Shown in pieces: positions 10,371-19,921 of a stretch of 64,000 bases of DNA (the stretch's first letter is position 1; each line of letters starts with the position of its first letter). This DNA comes from an uncultured Chitinophaga sp. (GTDB lineage: Bacteria; Bacteroidota; Bacteroidia; UKL13-3). Location of the stretch: the NCBI GenBank assembly GCA_964545895.1, contig CAZJHS010000001.1, positions 33,167 through 97,166 of the forward strand, given 5' to 3'. The notes under the pieces were generated by a model. The model had not been told where the DNA came from, searched no databases, and was given only the letters and a program-made list of their open reading frames with translations. The translations under genes were made by a program, and so were the position numbers.

Positions 10371-10490
10371 AAAGTTTTAGCTATCAATTTATAAATCCCT
10401 AATTTTCAAGCCCAATTAATCCTTTTATCGGGCATCAATCCGAATAAATTTTAGCTACCCAATTTATTAAAGTATACTTGTTAGCTCTAT

Positions 10491-11513
10491 ATGAATAGAA
10501 ATTTAACAGACGGCATCAACCTAATATCAAAGCTAAACAACAAACGAATTTGGAATTACACCAAATTATTGGCTTCGTATTTTATGGCTAAGGTTACTAA
10601 AAAAGCTTGGATTGTGGCTGCGCCTGTTTCGTTAGAGATTGAACCAACTACCAGTTGTAATTTACGTTGCCCACAATGCCCAAGTGGTTTGCGCGAGTTT
10701 ACCCGAAACACAGGCATGTTAGATTTAACTTTGTATAAAAAGATAATTGACGAAGTGCATGAGGAGTTGGTATGGCTCATATTATATTTTCAGGGTGAGC
10801 CTTTTTTAAACACGCAATTTTTAGATTTTGTACGCTACGCTGCCAGTAAAAATATTTACACAGTAACTAGTAGCAATGCTCATTATTTTACCGATGAGGT
10901 GGCTAAAGCCACCATTGAGAGCGGGCTTGATAGGTTAATTATTTCTATTGATGGTACCACGCAAGAAACATACAGCAAGTACCGTATTGGTGGTAATTTA
11001 GAAAAAGTAATTGCAGGTACTGAGCGATTAATTTATTGGAAAAAGAAACTGAACAGTAAAACACCTCATATTATTTGGCAGTTTATTGCATTTAATCATA
11101 ACGAGCACCAATTGCCCGAGATAAAAAAGCTTGCTAAAAAAATTGGGGTTGATGAATTGGGGATTAAAACGGCTCAAATTTATGATTACCAAAACAGCGA
11201 AAATTTTATTCCTAAAAACGAAGATTTAAGTAGGTATAAAAAAATGGCCGATGGTACCTATCAAATAAAAAACAAATTACTTGACCATTGTTGGCGAATG
11301 TGGCGAGGCAGTGTAATTACTTGGGATGGCTTGGTGGTGCCTTGTTGTTTTGATAAAGATGCAAAGCACCAATTTGGCGATGTTAGTATTGATGGATTTA
11401 CCAAGGTGTGGCACAATCCTGCGTATCAAAATTTTAGAAAAGCTATTTTAAAAAGCCGAAAAGAAATTGATATCTGTAACAATTGTACAGAAGGTACTAA
11501 AGTTTGGGACTAA
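10491..11513 (+). CDS. Radical SAM protein with a C-terminal SPASM/twitch-like Cys-rich domain
   Basis: CNLRCPQC (CxxxCxxC) radical-SAM cluster motif near the N-terminus. Second Cys cluster in the C-terminus (VVPCCFDKDAKHQFGD...ICNNCTEG). Confidence 0.75.
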   Translation: MNRNLTDGINLISKLNNKRIWNYTKLLASYFMAKVTKKAWIVAAPVSLEIEPTTSCNLRCPQCPSGLREFTRNTGMLDLTLYKKIIDEVHEELVWLILYFQGEPFLNTQFLDFVRYAASKNIYTVTSSNAHYFTDEVAKATIESGLDRLIISIDGTTQETYSKYRIGGNLEKVIAGTERLIYWKKKLNSKTPHIIWQFIAFNHNEHQLPEIKKLAKKIGVDELGIKTAQIYDYQNSENFIPKNEDLSRYKKMADGTYQIKNKLLDHCWRMWRGSVITWDGLVVPCCFDKDAKHQFGDVSIDGFTKVWHNPAYQNFRKAILKSRKEIDICNNCTEGTKVWD

Positions 11514-11587
11514 ATTATAAATAAACAAAATGGCCCCGGCTATTACACCGAGGCCACTTGCAAAAAGTTGTATTAAATAAAGCCTAA

Positions 11588-13024
11588 CTACACTAGGTTT
11601 ATTTTTATGCGTTTGCCTATTTCTTCAATATCAGATTTAAACTTCTTATCTGTTTCAATTAAATCGTTAACTGTTTGGCAAGCATGAATTACAGTTGAGT
11701 GATCGCGACCACCAAAGTGCATACCAATTGTTTTAAGCGAAGCTTTGGTTAAGTCTTTAGCATAAAACATTGAGATTTGACGTGCTTGAACGATTTCGCG
11801 CTTACGTGTTTTTGATTTAACCAAATCAACAGGAATGCTGAAGTAATCGCACACCAATTTTTGAATAAACTCGATAGAAATTTCGCGTGAAGAATTTTTA
11901 ACAAAGTTTTTCAAGATTTGCTTAGCCAACTCCAAGGTAACTTCTTTACGGTTTAACGAAGCTTGTGCTAATAAAGAAACCAATGCACCGCGTAATTCGC
12001 GAATATTATTATTGATGTTATGGGCTACATACTCAACCACATCGCGGCTAAGTGTAATACCATCATTATACATCATATGTTCCAAAATTGCCAAGCGAGT
12101 TTCAAAATCAGGTTGTTGCAAATCGCACGATAAGCCCCATTTGAAACGAGATAACAAGCGCTCGTCCATGCCTTTTAAATCTTTAGGTGCACGGTCGCTG
12201 GTTAATATAATTTGCTTGCCTTGTTGGTGCAAGTGATTAAAAATAGTAAAGAAGATTTCTTGCGTTTTTTGCTTGTTCTCTAAAAACTGAACATCATCTA
12301 CTATTAATACATCAACATTCTGGTAAAAGTTAGAAAAGTCTTGGCTGCTATTATTACGAACCGACTCTACATATTGATTAGTGAATTTTTCTACTGGTAC
12401 ATACAATACAACTTTGTTTTTGCTGTTTTGCTTAATCATGTTACCAATAGCTTGTACCAAGTGGGTTTTACCCAAACCTGTTTCACTAAAAATCATTAAA
12501 GGATTAAATGATGTACCACCGGGCTTATTAGCCACAGCAAAACCAGCCGAACGAGCTAATCTATTGCAGTCGCCTTCAATAAAGGTGTCAAAATTTTGAT
12601 TAACATTTAAGTTACTATCAATATTTACCTTTTTAAGTCCGGGTATAATAAACGGATTTTTGATATTGCTGCTTAAGTTAAGCGGCATACCCATGTTTTG
12701 ATTATCCGATTTATGATTGTTGCTACCCGGTAGGTTAACTACATATGGGTTAGCATTATTGCTGCTATTTTCAACAATAATATTGTATTCCAATCTGGAA
12801 CCTGGACCTAATTCTTGCTTGAGGGTTTTCTTTAATAAAGTAACATAGTGTTCTTCTAACCATTCATAGAAAAACTGACTCGGAACTTGTATCGTTAAAA
12901 TTTTATTATCTAGCTTAACCGGTTTAATCGGTTCAAACCAAGTTTTAAAACTTTGTGGGGATACATTGTCCTGAATTAGCTTCAAACAGTTATTCCAAAC
13001 ACTCTCGGCAGTTTTTTCAATCAT
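11588..13024 (-). CDS. dnaA: Chromosomal replication initiator protein DnaA
   Basis: Walker A ETGLGKTHL. AAA+ sensor motifs. C-terminal DNA-binding domain signature (IVQARQISMFYAKDLTKASLKTIGMHFGGRDHSTVIHAC). Confidence 0.95.
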   Translation of the reverse strand: MIEKTAESVWNNCLKLIQDNVSPQSFKTWFEPIKPVKLDNKILTIQVPSQFFYEWLEEHYVTLLKKTLKQELGPGSRLEYNIIVENSSNNANPYVVNLPGSNNHKSDNQNMGMPLNLSSNIKNPFIIPGLKKVNIDSNLNVNQNFDTFIEGDCNRLARSAGFAVANKPGGTSFNPLMIFSETGLGKTHLVQAIGNMIKQNSKNKVVLYVPVEKFTNQYVESVRNNSSQDFSNFYQNVDVLIVDDVQFLENKQKTQEIFFTIFNHLHQQGKQIILTSDRAPKDLKGMDERLLSRFKWGLSCDLQQPDFETRLAILEHMMYNDGITLSRDVVEYVAHNINNNIRELRGALVSLLAQASLNRKEVTLELAKQILKNFVKNSSREISIEFIQKLVCDYFSIPVDLVKSKTRKREIVQARQISMFYAKDLTKASLKTIGMHFGGRDHSTVIHACQTVNDLIETDKKFKSDIEEIGKRIKINLV

Positions 13025-13253
13025 ATTTAATACTCTTTTCGTTTGTGAAATTGAAGTATTTATTGTGAATAAAAAAATTTTTTTTGAGCAATTTTTTGTT
13101 TGGAAATATCACATTAAACGTAACTGTTTGTTATTGTTGTTTCTTGGGGTGAATTATAAATTTTTAATGCGACAAAAAAGTTTAAAATAACTGTTTATAA
13201 CCACCCATTTTTTGTGAACAAGTTGTAGTTGTTGGTACAATTATCAACGTTTA

Positions 13254-14204
13254 CTAACACGCATTAACGTTTATGTATAGATTTTGGGCAACACCTTTAT
13301 TTACAAGGTTTTTCACAGAATCGAAATACAGCTCAATTTTACCTAACTGCAGCCCAGCCCAACCTACTTGGTTAATAATCACCTCTTTGTTCTCCTTATT
13401 TTTTAGGGTTACTGGTTTAGGTAAAAAAGTATGAGTATGACCACCAATAATTAAATCAATATTTGCTGATTTTTGAGCTAAAATACGGTCGCTTATTTTA
13501 TCATTTGTGTACTCATATCCTAAATGCGACAAACAAATTACAAAATCGCAGTTTTTATTCGTTTTTAAATCGTGTGCAAGATTACTTGCTATACTAATTG
13601 GGTCGTTATATTTAATACCTGCATACAAATCGTTTGGTACCAAACCCATTAAATCAATTCCAACTCCAATAACCCCAATATTTACTCCACCTTTATTAAA
13701 TATGCGGTAAGGTTTTACTTTATCTTTTAAAGCTGTAGCCGAAAAATCGTAGTTGCAATTAATAATATCAAACGTAGCTAATGGAAGCTGCTTTATTATA
13801 CCATCAATCCCTTTATCAAAGTCGTGATTACCTAGTGTTACAGCATCGTAACCCATTTGGCTCATTAAACGATACTCCAGTTCGCCATCAAAAAAGTTAA
13901 AGTAAGGTGTACCCTGAAACATGTCACCGGCATCAAGCAAAAGCACTTGTTTATCTTGTGTACGTATTTTTTTAATTAATGCCGCACGTGTTGCTGCACC
14001 ACCCATGCCAGCAAATTTGCCTCCATCTTTAGGAAAAGATTCGATGCGACTGTGCCAATCGTTGGTATGTAAAATAGTAACTTTAACTAAATCTTGTTGC
14101 TTAGCCAACAAATCAATTGGCAATTGATTAAGCAAAGCCAATGCACCAAGCTTAGCTCCGGTTTTTATAAACCCTCTGCGGTTAATTTTGCTTAATTCTT
14201 CCAT
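13254..14204 (-). CDS. Metallophosphoesterase, the N-terminal catalytic domain of an UshA-type 5'-nucleotidase, with a Tat signal peptide
   Basis: RRGFIKTGAKLGALAL twin-arginine signal. Calcineurin-like motifs (HTNDWH, GNHDFD, GGHTH). Confidence 0.75.
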   Translation of the reverse strand: MEELSKINRRGFIKTGAKLGALALLNQLPIDLLAKQQDLVKVTILHTNDWHSRIESFPKDGGKFAGMGGAATRAALIKKIRTQDKQVLLLDAGDMFQGTPYFNFFDGELEYRLMSQMGYDAVTLGNHDFDKGIDGIIKQLPLATFDIINCNYDFSATALKDKVKPYRIFNKGGVNIGVIGVGIDLMGLVPNDLYAGIKYNDPISIASNLAHDLKTNKNCDFVICLSHLGYEYTNDKISDRILAQKSANIDLIIGGHTHTFLPKPVTLKNKENKEVIINQVGWAGLQLGKIELYFDSVKNLVNKGVAQNLYINVNAC

Positions 14205-14919
14205 TGGTGTTGGTGTTAATGGTTTTGTTTAATCGTACAAAATCTAACATGGCATCGCGCAATTTATAGTTGGTGTTGTAGCGCACGCCACCGGCAAACA
14301 TGGTTGCACCGTCTCCCCCGTTGGCAATAAAATCGGTAGTTGCTACGGTATAGTTTTTATTTACATCAAAGGGTTGATTATTGATAACTACATTTACTGC
14401 ATTTCCATCAACCAAGTTTAAAGTTAAACCACTAACGGGTGCTCCTTTCCACTTGGCAATCCAAGCAAACAACTGTAAGCACTGTTGGCCTGTTAAGGTT
14501 ACCACTTCAATGGTATTATCAAAAGGCATTAACTCGTATATTTTACCAACTGTAATATTACCTTTTTGTATTGATGGAAGCCTAACGCCACCATTATTTA
14601 GCACACAAAAATCAACCTGTTTCGACTGATTTTTTTTTGCGTAATCAAAACAAACATCTGCTACAAAATTACCTAAACTACCATCGGGTAACTCACGCAC
14701 TAAATCTCCAGCTGCAACACCAATTACTTCATTCATTTTGGCATCTAATTGCAATTTGTATGGAGCAATAATATTGGCCATAGCGGTATCATACAACTGA
14801 AGCGAATCAGCGTGAATACGCATATTTGCGGCATTGTAATTACTTACTTTATAGGGCGTGTGGCATGCTGTTAAAGCAATCATCAACCCAAATACTGTTT
14901 TTTTAAACATGCGCTGCAA
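14182..14919 (-). CDS. 5'-nucleotidase C-terminal-domain lipoprotein
   Basis: Lipobox LTACH. 5'-NT C-domain-like sequence. Overlaps the downstream metallophosphatase gene by 23 nt, and each gene has its own signal peptide. Confidence 0.65.
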   Translation of the reverse strand: MQRMFKKTVFGLMIALTACHTPYKVSNYNAANMRIHADSLQLYDTAMANIIAPYKLQLDAKMNEVIGVAAGDLVRELPDGSLGNFVADVCFDYAKKNQSKQVDFCVLNNGGVRLPSIQKGNITVGKIYELMPFDNTIEVVTLTGQQCLQLFAWIAKWKGAPVSGLTLNLVDGNAVNVVINNQPFDVNKNYTVATTDFIANGGDGATMFAGGVRYNTNYKLRDAMLDFVRLNKTINTNTNGRIKQN

Positions 14920-14945
14920 GTAACAAATTTTGTATGATGTAAATA

Positions 14946-16502
14946 TTAAGCTCTGTACTCGCCAAAAGTTTTGCGGAACACATCTGCAACTTCGCCTAAG
15001 GTGGCATAAGCCTCAACCGATTGAATAATGGTTGGCATTACATTACTTCCATCTTTAGCATCTTGCTCTAGTTTGGTAAGTAATGCTTGTACTTCGCTTT
15101 CGTTACGGTTAGCTTTTACCTGCGCTATTTTTTCGGTTTGAATTTTACGGATGCTATCATCAACCTTAAATAATGCTGGAGCAACTTCTTCGTTAACGGT
15201 AAACTTATTTACACCAATAATAGTTTTGCTGTTATTCTCAATATCGGTTTGGTAACGATAGCTGGCATCTGCAATTTCTTTTTGCATGTAACCTTGCTCT
15301 ATAGCACTAACAGCACCACCCATTCCTTCAATTTTTTGGATGTATTTCCAAGCTTCAGCTTCTATTTGATTGGTTAGCTCCTCTACAAAATAACTTCCAC
15401 CCATTGGATCAACCGTATCTACTACTCCACTTTCGTAAGCAATAATTTGTTGTGTACGTAATGCAATACGTGCAGCATTTTCTGTAGGTAAGCTTAAAGC
15501 TTCATCAAAACCATTGGTGTGCAAACTTTGCGTACCACCCATTACCGCAGCAAGTGCTTGTAAAGTAACACGCACAATATTAGTATCAGCTTGTTGAGCC
15601 TGCAAGGTGCTGCCACCTGTTTGGGTATGAAAACGCAACATTTGTGCTTTAGGATTAGTTGCGCCTAAGTCTTTAGCAATTTTAGCCCACATTCTGCGAG
15701 CTGCTCTAAACTTAGCAATCTCTTCAAAAAAGTTGTTGTGCGCGTTAAAGAAAAACGATAAACGTTGTCCGAACACATTTATATCTAAGCCTTTTTCGAT
15801 AGCTGCTTTAGCGTATGCTTGTGCATTACTTAATGTAAATGCAATTTCTTGCACTGCTGTACTTCCGGCTTCGCGTATGTGGTAACCACTAATTGAAATG
15901 GTATTCCACTTTGGAACTTCTTTACTGCAATACTCAAAAATATCGGTAATAATACGCATGCTTGGCTTTGGCGGATAAATATATGTGCCGCGTGCAGCGT
16001 ATTCTTTTAAAATATCGTTTTGTATTGTTCCTGATATTTTTTTGATATCGGCACCTTGCTTTTTAGCTAATGCAATATACATAGCCAATAAGGTTGATGC
16101 AGTAGCGTTGATGGTCATTGAGGTAGTTATTTTTTCTAACTCAATTCCATCAAATAAAATCTCAATATCTTTAAGCGTATCAATAGCCACACCTACTTTT
16201 CCTACTTCACCTTCACTCATCATGTGTGTACTATCGTAGCCAATTTGCGTAGGCAAATCAAAAGCTACACTTAAGCCCATGGTGCCATTGGCTAATAAAT
16301 ATTTATAGCGCTTGTTACTTTCTTCGGCTGTACTAAAACCAGCATACTGACGCATAGTCCAGTGGCGGCCGCGGTACATATCGGGTTGAATTCCGCGGGT
16401 GTAAGGAAACTGTCCAGGTAAATCTTCCATTGGAATAACCTGATTGTATAATGCGTTTATCTCGATACCCGAATCGGTAAATCTTTTGTTGCTATCGCTC
16501 AT
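14946..16502 (-). CDS. Methylmalonyl-CoA mutase-family protein, substrate-binding TIM-barrel domain only (no B12-binding domain)
   Basis: 518 aa. The conserved acyl-CoA mutase N-domain is recognisable throughout (e.g. [12 protein letters not shown]). No C-terminal Rossmann cobalamin-binding domain is present. Confidence 0.7.
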   Translation of the reverse strand: MSDSNKRFTDSGIEINALYNQVIPMEDLPGQFPYTRGIQPDMYRGRHWTMRQYAGFSTAEESNKRYKYLLANGTMGLSVAFDLPTQIGYDSTHMMSEGEVGKVGVAIDTLKDIEILFDGIELEKITTSMTINATASTLLAMYIALAKKQGADIKKISGTIQNDILKEYAARGTYIYPPKPSMRIITDIFEYCSKEVPKWNTISISGYHIREAGSTAVQEIAFTLSNAQAYAKAAIEKGLDINVFGQRLSFFFNAHNNFFEEIAKFRAARRMWAKIAKDLGATNPKAQMLRFHTQTGGSTLQAQQADTNIVRVTLQALAAVMGGTQSLHTNGFDEALSLPTENAARIALRTQQIIAYESGVVDTVDPMGGSYFVEELTNQIEAEAWKYIQKIEGMGGAVSAIEQGYMQKEIADASYRYQTDIENNSKTIIGVNKFTVNEEVAPALFKVDDSIRKIQTEKIAQVKANRNESEVQALLTKLEQDAKDGSNVMPTIIQSVEAYATLGEVADVFRKTFGEYRA

Positions 16503-16518
16503 AATGTTGTGTAGCTAA

Positions 16519-17106
16519 TTAATCAAACAATAAATGGAACTCTTTACGTAAAAACTCTAATGCCTTGTTGGTAGGAATATCATTCATCTGCATCATGGTT
16601 TCAAAAATGGCTTTACTTAAATCAAGGCCAACGGCATTAGGACCTAAGCTACTGTATGCAGTATTAATAATATTAATCATTTCTTCTTTAGCAATGCGCA
16701 CCATTTGCCATGCTTGTGGCGAAACATACACTTGCTGAGAAACATTATGATTAAACTCGCTATTGATATCGGCTATTAAAGCAATTTTTAATTGGGTAGC
16801 GCTAATGCCTGGTTGGCTAACTCTAAAAATTAAATTATTAGGGCTCATGCGCTCCATTAAAATTACAATACGCTCGTAAGCTTGTAGTTTAAGTGGGGTA
16901 ATAAGTTTACTTGTTTCTAATTTTAACTCTGTGTTTCTGCGTTGATACTCATTATCAAAAAAATTCTTGAGCATATACTGCACAATACCAAATACAACAC
17001 CCGCAGGAATAATGTACTTAAGTACCTCTAACAGCGACATGATATAATCCGTTTTTTCCATGTTTACTTTAATTAAATTAGTTTTAAGTGTGGCGAATTT
17101 AAACAC
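16519..17106 (-). CDS. Hypothetical membrane-anchored protein
   Basis: 195-aa ORF with one N-terminal TM helix (IIPAGVVFGIVQYML). No recognisable family. Confidence 0.4.
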   Translation of the reverse strand: MFKFATLKTNLIKVNMEKTDYIMSLLEVLKYIIPAGVVFGIVQYMLKNFFDNEYQRRNTELKLETSKLITPLKLQAYERIVILMERMSPNNLIFRVSQPGISATQLKIALIADINSEFNHNVSQQVYVSPQAWQMVRIAKEEMINIINTAYSSLGPNAVGLDLSKAIFETMMQMNDIPTNKALEFLRKEFHLLFD

Positions 17107-17225
17107 ATTAACGACTTATACCAAGCAGGTGTTTCTAAAATATGGCAATATGGAGTTAACCATGTGAAAAGGTGGGTAACTAATTAATTTTTAAATAAGC
17201 ACCTGTGTAAATTTGTTTTATTACC

Positions 17226-19886
17226 ATGAGAAAAGCCAAACAAAACATAATCAGTCCCATAGATAGCGAACCCAAAGATTTTGAGCGCGAAGAACCTGTG
17301 GTTGAAAAACCCAAAAAAGGAACCAAAGCGGCTGCAGAAAATAAACCGTTAAGGCTTACCTTTTTAAAAGACGAGCGCTTTTTAAAGGTTACGGGATTGG
17401 TGTTTTTGCTCACTGCGGTGTTTATGGGCTTTGCTTTTGGTTCGTTTATTTTTAGTTGGCAGTACGACCAAAACATTGCTAAAGGTTTAAGTTGGGATGT
17501 TTTTTTACAAAACGACCCTGATGCAGCAGAAAATATTTTAGGCAAGCTTGGCGCTTGGGTAGCATATACTTTTATGTACAAAGGTTTTGGCTTGGCCTCG
17601 TTTGCGTTTGTACTTATTTTTGGGTTGATAGGCATAAAACTTATTACCGATACCACTCCGCTGCCTATTATGAAAACCGTGCGATTTAGCTTTTTTGGAG
17701 TAGTATGGCTATCGGTAACACTTGGGTTTATTTTTACTGATGTTTGGCAAATATTAGGCGGTGCTTTTGGGCACTTCGGATATTTATATCTTAAAACTTT
17801 AATTGGTACTGTAGGGGCTGGTTTCTTACTTATTTTTTATTTTCTGGTATTTTTGGTGGTGGTGTTTAACATCAAATTTTATCAACCCAAACCTGCACCA
17901 GTTGAAATACCAAAAACTGAACCTGCCGAAGAGGAAACAAATCAACCCAACACAGCTTTAACCAACGCACTTAGCATAAACGAACTTTTTGCTGAAGAAG
18001 CCGGTGCTGAGCCTTTAAACCCAGATGATTTTGTATTAACGGTTAAGGAAGAAGAACAACCTGAGTTAACAGCTGAACCAATAGAAGAAGAGATTGCTCC
18101 TATAGAAGAAGCAACAATTGAAGAAGAACCTATTGCCCCAACTATAGATGAGCAACCCAAGGAAGAAGAAAACAATATTCCCATTGTACCGCTAGTTGCT
18201 GCCGGTGCTTTGGCATCAACCCTTGCAAGTGCATTAACTCCTGAGCCTACCGAGCCACCGAGTGTATTAACTACTGATAGCGGCTTAGTTTTGGAAGTGC
18301 AAGAAACGCCCGAAGAGGATGAGGAAGTAATGGAAAAGCCTGAATATGGTTCGATTGATAGCGAGTACGATCCGACCTTAGATTTTAGCAATTACCAGTT
18401 TCCAACTTTAGAGTTACTAAACGATTATGGTGGCGAAAGCAAATCGACTGTTGAAGCAGCCGAGTTGCAGATAAAAACTAAAATGATTGAAGATACCTTG
18501 AAAAATTACAACATAGGTATCAAAAAAATATCAGCAACCATTGGCCCCACTGTAACGCTATACGAAATTGTACCACAAGATGGGGTGCGTATTGCCAAAA
18601 TTAAAAATCTTGAAGATGATATTGCTTTAAGTTTAGCCGCATTAGGCATTCGTATTATTGCGCCTATTCCGGGCCGTGGTACTATTGGTATTGAGGTACC
18701 AAATGAAAAACCTGCCATGGTAAGCATGCGCAGTGCGTTAAGCAGTGCACGTTTTCAAAACTCTGATATGGACTTACCCATTGCTTTTGGTAAAACCATA
18801 CAAAACGAAGTGTTTGTGGCCGACTTAGCCAAAATGCCTCACTTACTTATGGCAGGTGCTACAGGTCAAGGTAAATCTGTTGGGTTAAATGCCATCTTAG
18901 TTTCGTTGTTGTACAAAAAACATCCATCGCAAATTAAGTTTGTATTGGTCGATCCTAAAAAAGTAGAGTTAAGCATTTATAAAACTATTGAGCGACATTT
19001 CTTAGCTAAAATTCCGGGCGATGCCGATGCGATTATTACTGATACTAAATTAGTAGTAAATACGCTTAACTCACTTTGCGTAGAGATGGATAGCCGTTAC
19101 GATTTGTTAAAAGATGCGCAAGTACGTAACTTAAAAGAATACAACGCTAAATTTATTAGCCGCAGATTGGTACCTACTGATAAAATGCCACATCGTTTCT
19201 TGCCATACATTGTGGTAGTTATTGATGAGGTAGCAGATTTAATGATGACTGCTGGTAAAGAAGTAGAAATGCCTATTGCACGTTTGGCGCAATTAGCACG
19301 TGCTATTGGTATACATTTAATATTGGCCACACAACGTCCATCTGTAAATGTAATTACCGGTATGATTAAGGCAAACTTCCCGGCACGCGTGGCTTTCCGT
19401 GTATCGCAAAAAATAGATTCACGTACCATTTTAGATGCCAATGGTGCCGACCAATTAATTGGTAAAGGAGATATGCTTTATACCGTGGGCAACGATTTGG
19501 TGCGCTTGCAATGTGCTTTTGTTGATACACCTGAAGTAGATAAAATTGCCAACTTTATTGGCAACCAACAAGGCAAAGAACCATACATGTTGCCTGAGGT
19601 TAAAAATGAAGATAATGGTGAAAACGGACCAGCCGAAATTGACCCACGTGAACGCGATAGTTTGTTTGAAGAAGCAGCACAAATTATTGTGCAACATCAG
19701 CAAGGATCAACCTCATTATTACAACGCAAATTAAATTTGGGTTACAACCGTGCAGGCCGATTAATTGACCAACTAGAACGTGCAGGAATTGTTGGACCAT
19801 TTAAAGGCAGCAAAGCCCGCGAGGTATTGGTAAGCGATATTATGCAACTTGAAGATAAGTTAGCGGATTTGAGAGATAGAGGTTGA
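17226..19886 (+). CDS. ftsK: DNA translocase FtsK/SpoIIIE
   Basis: N-terminal TM helices, a Pro/Glu-rich linker, a motor domain with Walker A GATGQGKSV, and a C-terminal winged-helix gamma domain (STSLLQRKLNLGYNRAGRLIDQLE). Confidence 0.9.
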   Translation: MRKAKQNIISPIDSEPKDFEREEPVVEKPKKGTKAAAENKPLRLTFLKDERFLKVTGLVFLLTAVFMGFAFGSFIFSWQYDQNIAKGLSWDVFLQNDPDAAENILGKLGAWVAYTFMYKGFGLASFAFVLIFGLIGIKLITDTTPLPIMKTVRFSFFGVVWLSVTLGFIFTDVWQILGGAFGHFGYLYLKTLIGTVGAGFLLIFYFLVFLVVVFNIKFYQPKPAPVEIPKTEPAEEETNQPNTALTNALSINELFAEEAGAEPLNPDDFVLTVKEEEQPELTAEPIEEEIAPIEEATIEEEPIAPTIDEQPKEEENNIPIVPLVAAGALASTLASALTPEPTEPPSVLTTDSGLVLEVQETPEEDEEVMEKPEYGSIDSEYDPTLDFSNYQFPTLELLNDYGGESKSTVEAAELQIKTKMIEDTLKNYNIGIKKISATIGPTVTLYEIVPQDGVRIAKIKNLEDDIALSLAALGIRIIAPIPGRGTIGIEVPNEKPAMVSMRSALSSARFQNSDMDLPIAFGKTIQNEVFVADLAKMPHLLMAGATGQGKSVGLNAILVSLLYKKHPSQIKFVLVDPKKVELSIYKTIERHFLAKIPGDADAIITDTKLVVNTLNSLCVEMDSRYDLLKDAQVRNLKEYNAKFISRRLVPTDKMPHRFLPYIVVVIDEVADLMMTAGKEVEMPIARLAQLARAIGIHLILATQRPSVNVITGMIKANFPARVAFRVSQKIDSRTILDANGADQLIGKGDMLYTVGNDLVRLQCAFVDTPEVDKIANFIGNQQGKEPYMLPEVKNEDNGENGPAEIDPRERDSLFEEAAQIIVQHQQGSTSLLQRKLNLGYNRAGRLIDQLERAGIVGPFKGSKAREVLVSDIMQLEDKLADLRDRG

Positions 19887-19921
19887 TGAGATAATTTGTA
19901 GATGCGATAATCAGATAAATC

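Noticed and set aside
17180-18391. Minus-strand ORFs (158 aa and 149 aa) inside ftsK
   Set aside because: Antisense ORFs within a well-supported CDS. Their Ser/Gly-rich translations mirror the Pro/Glu-rich FtsK linker codons.
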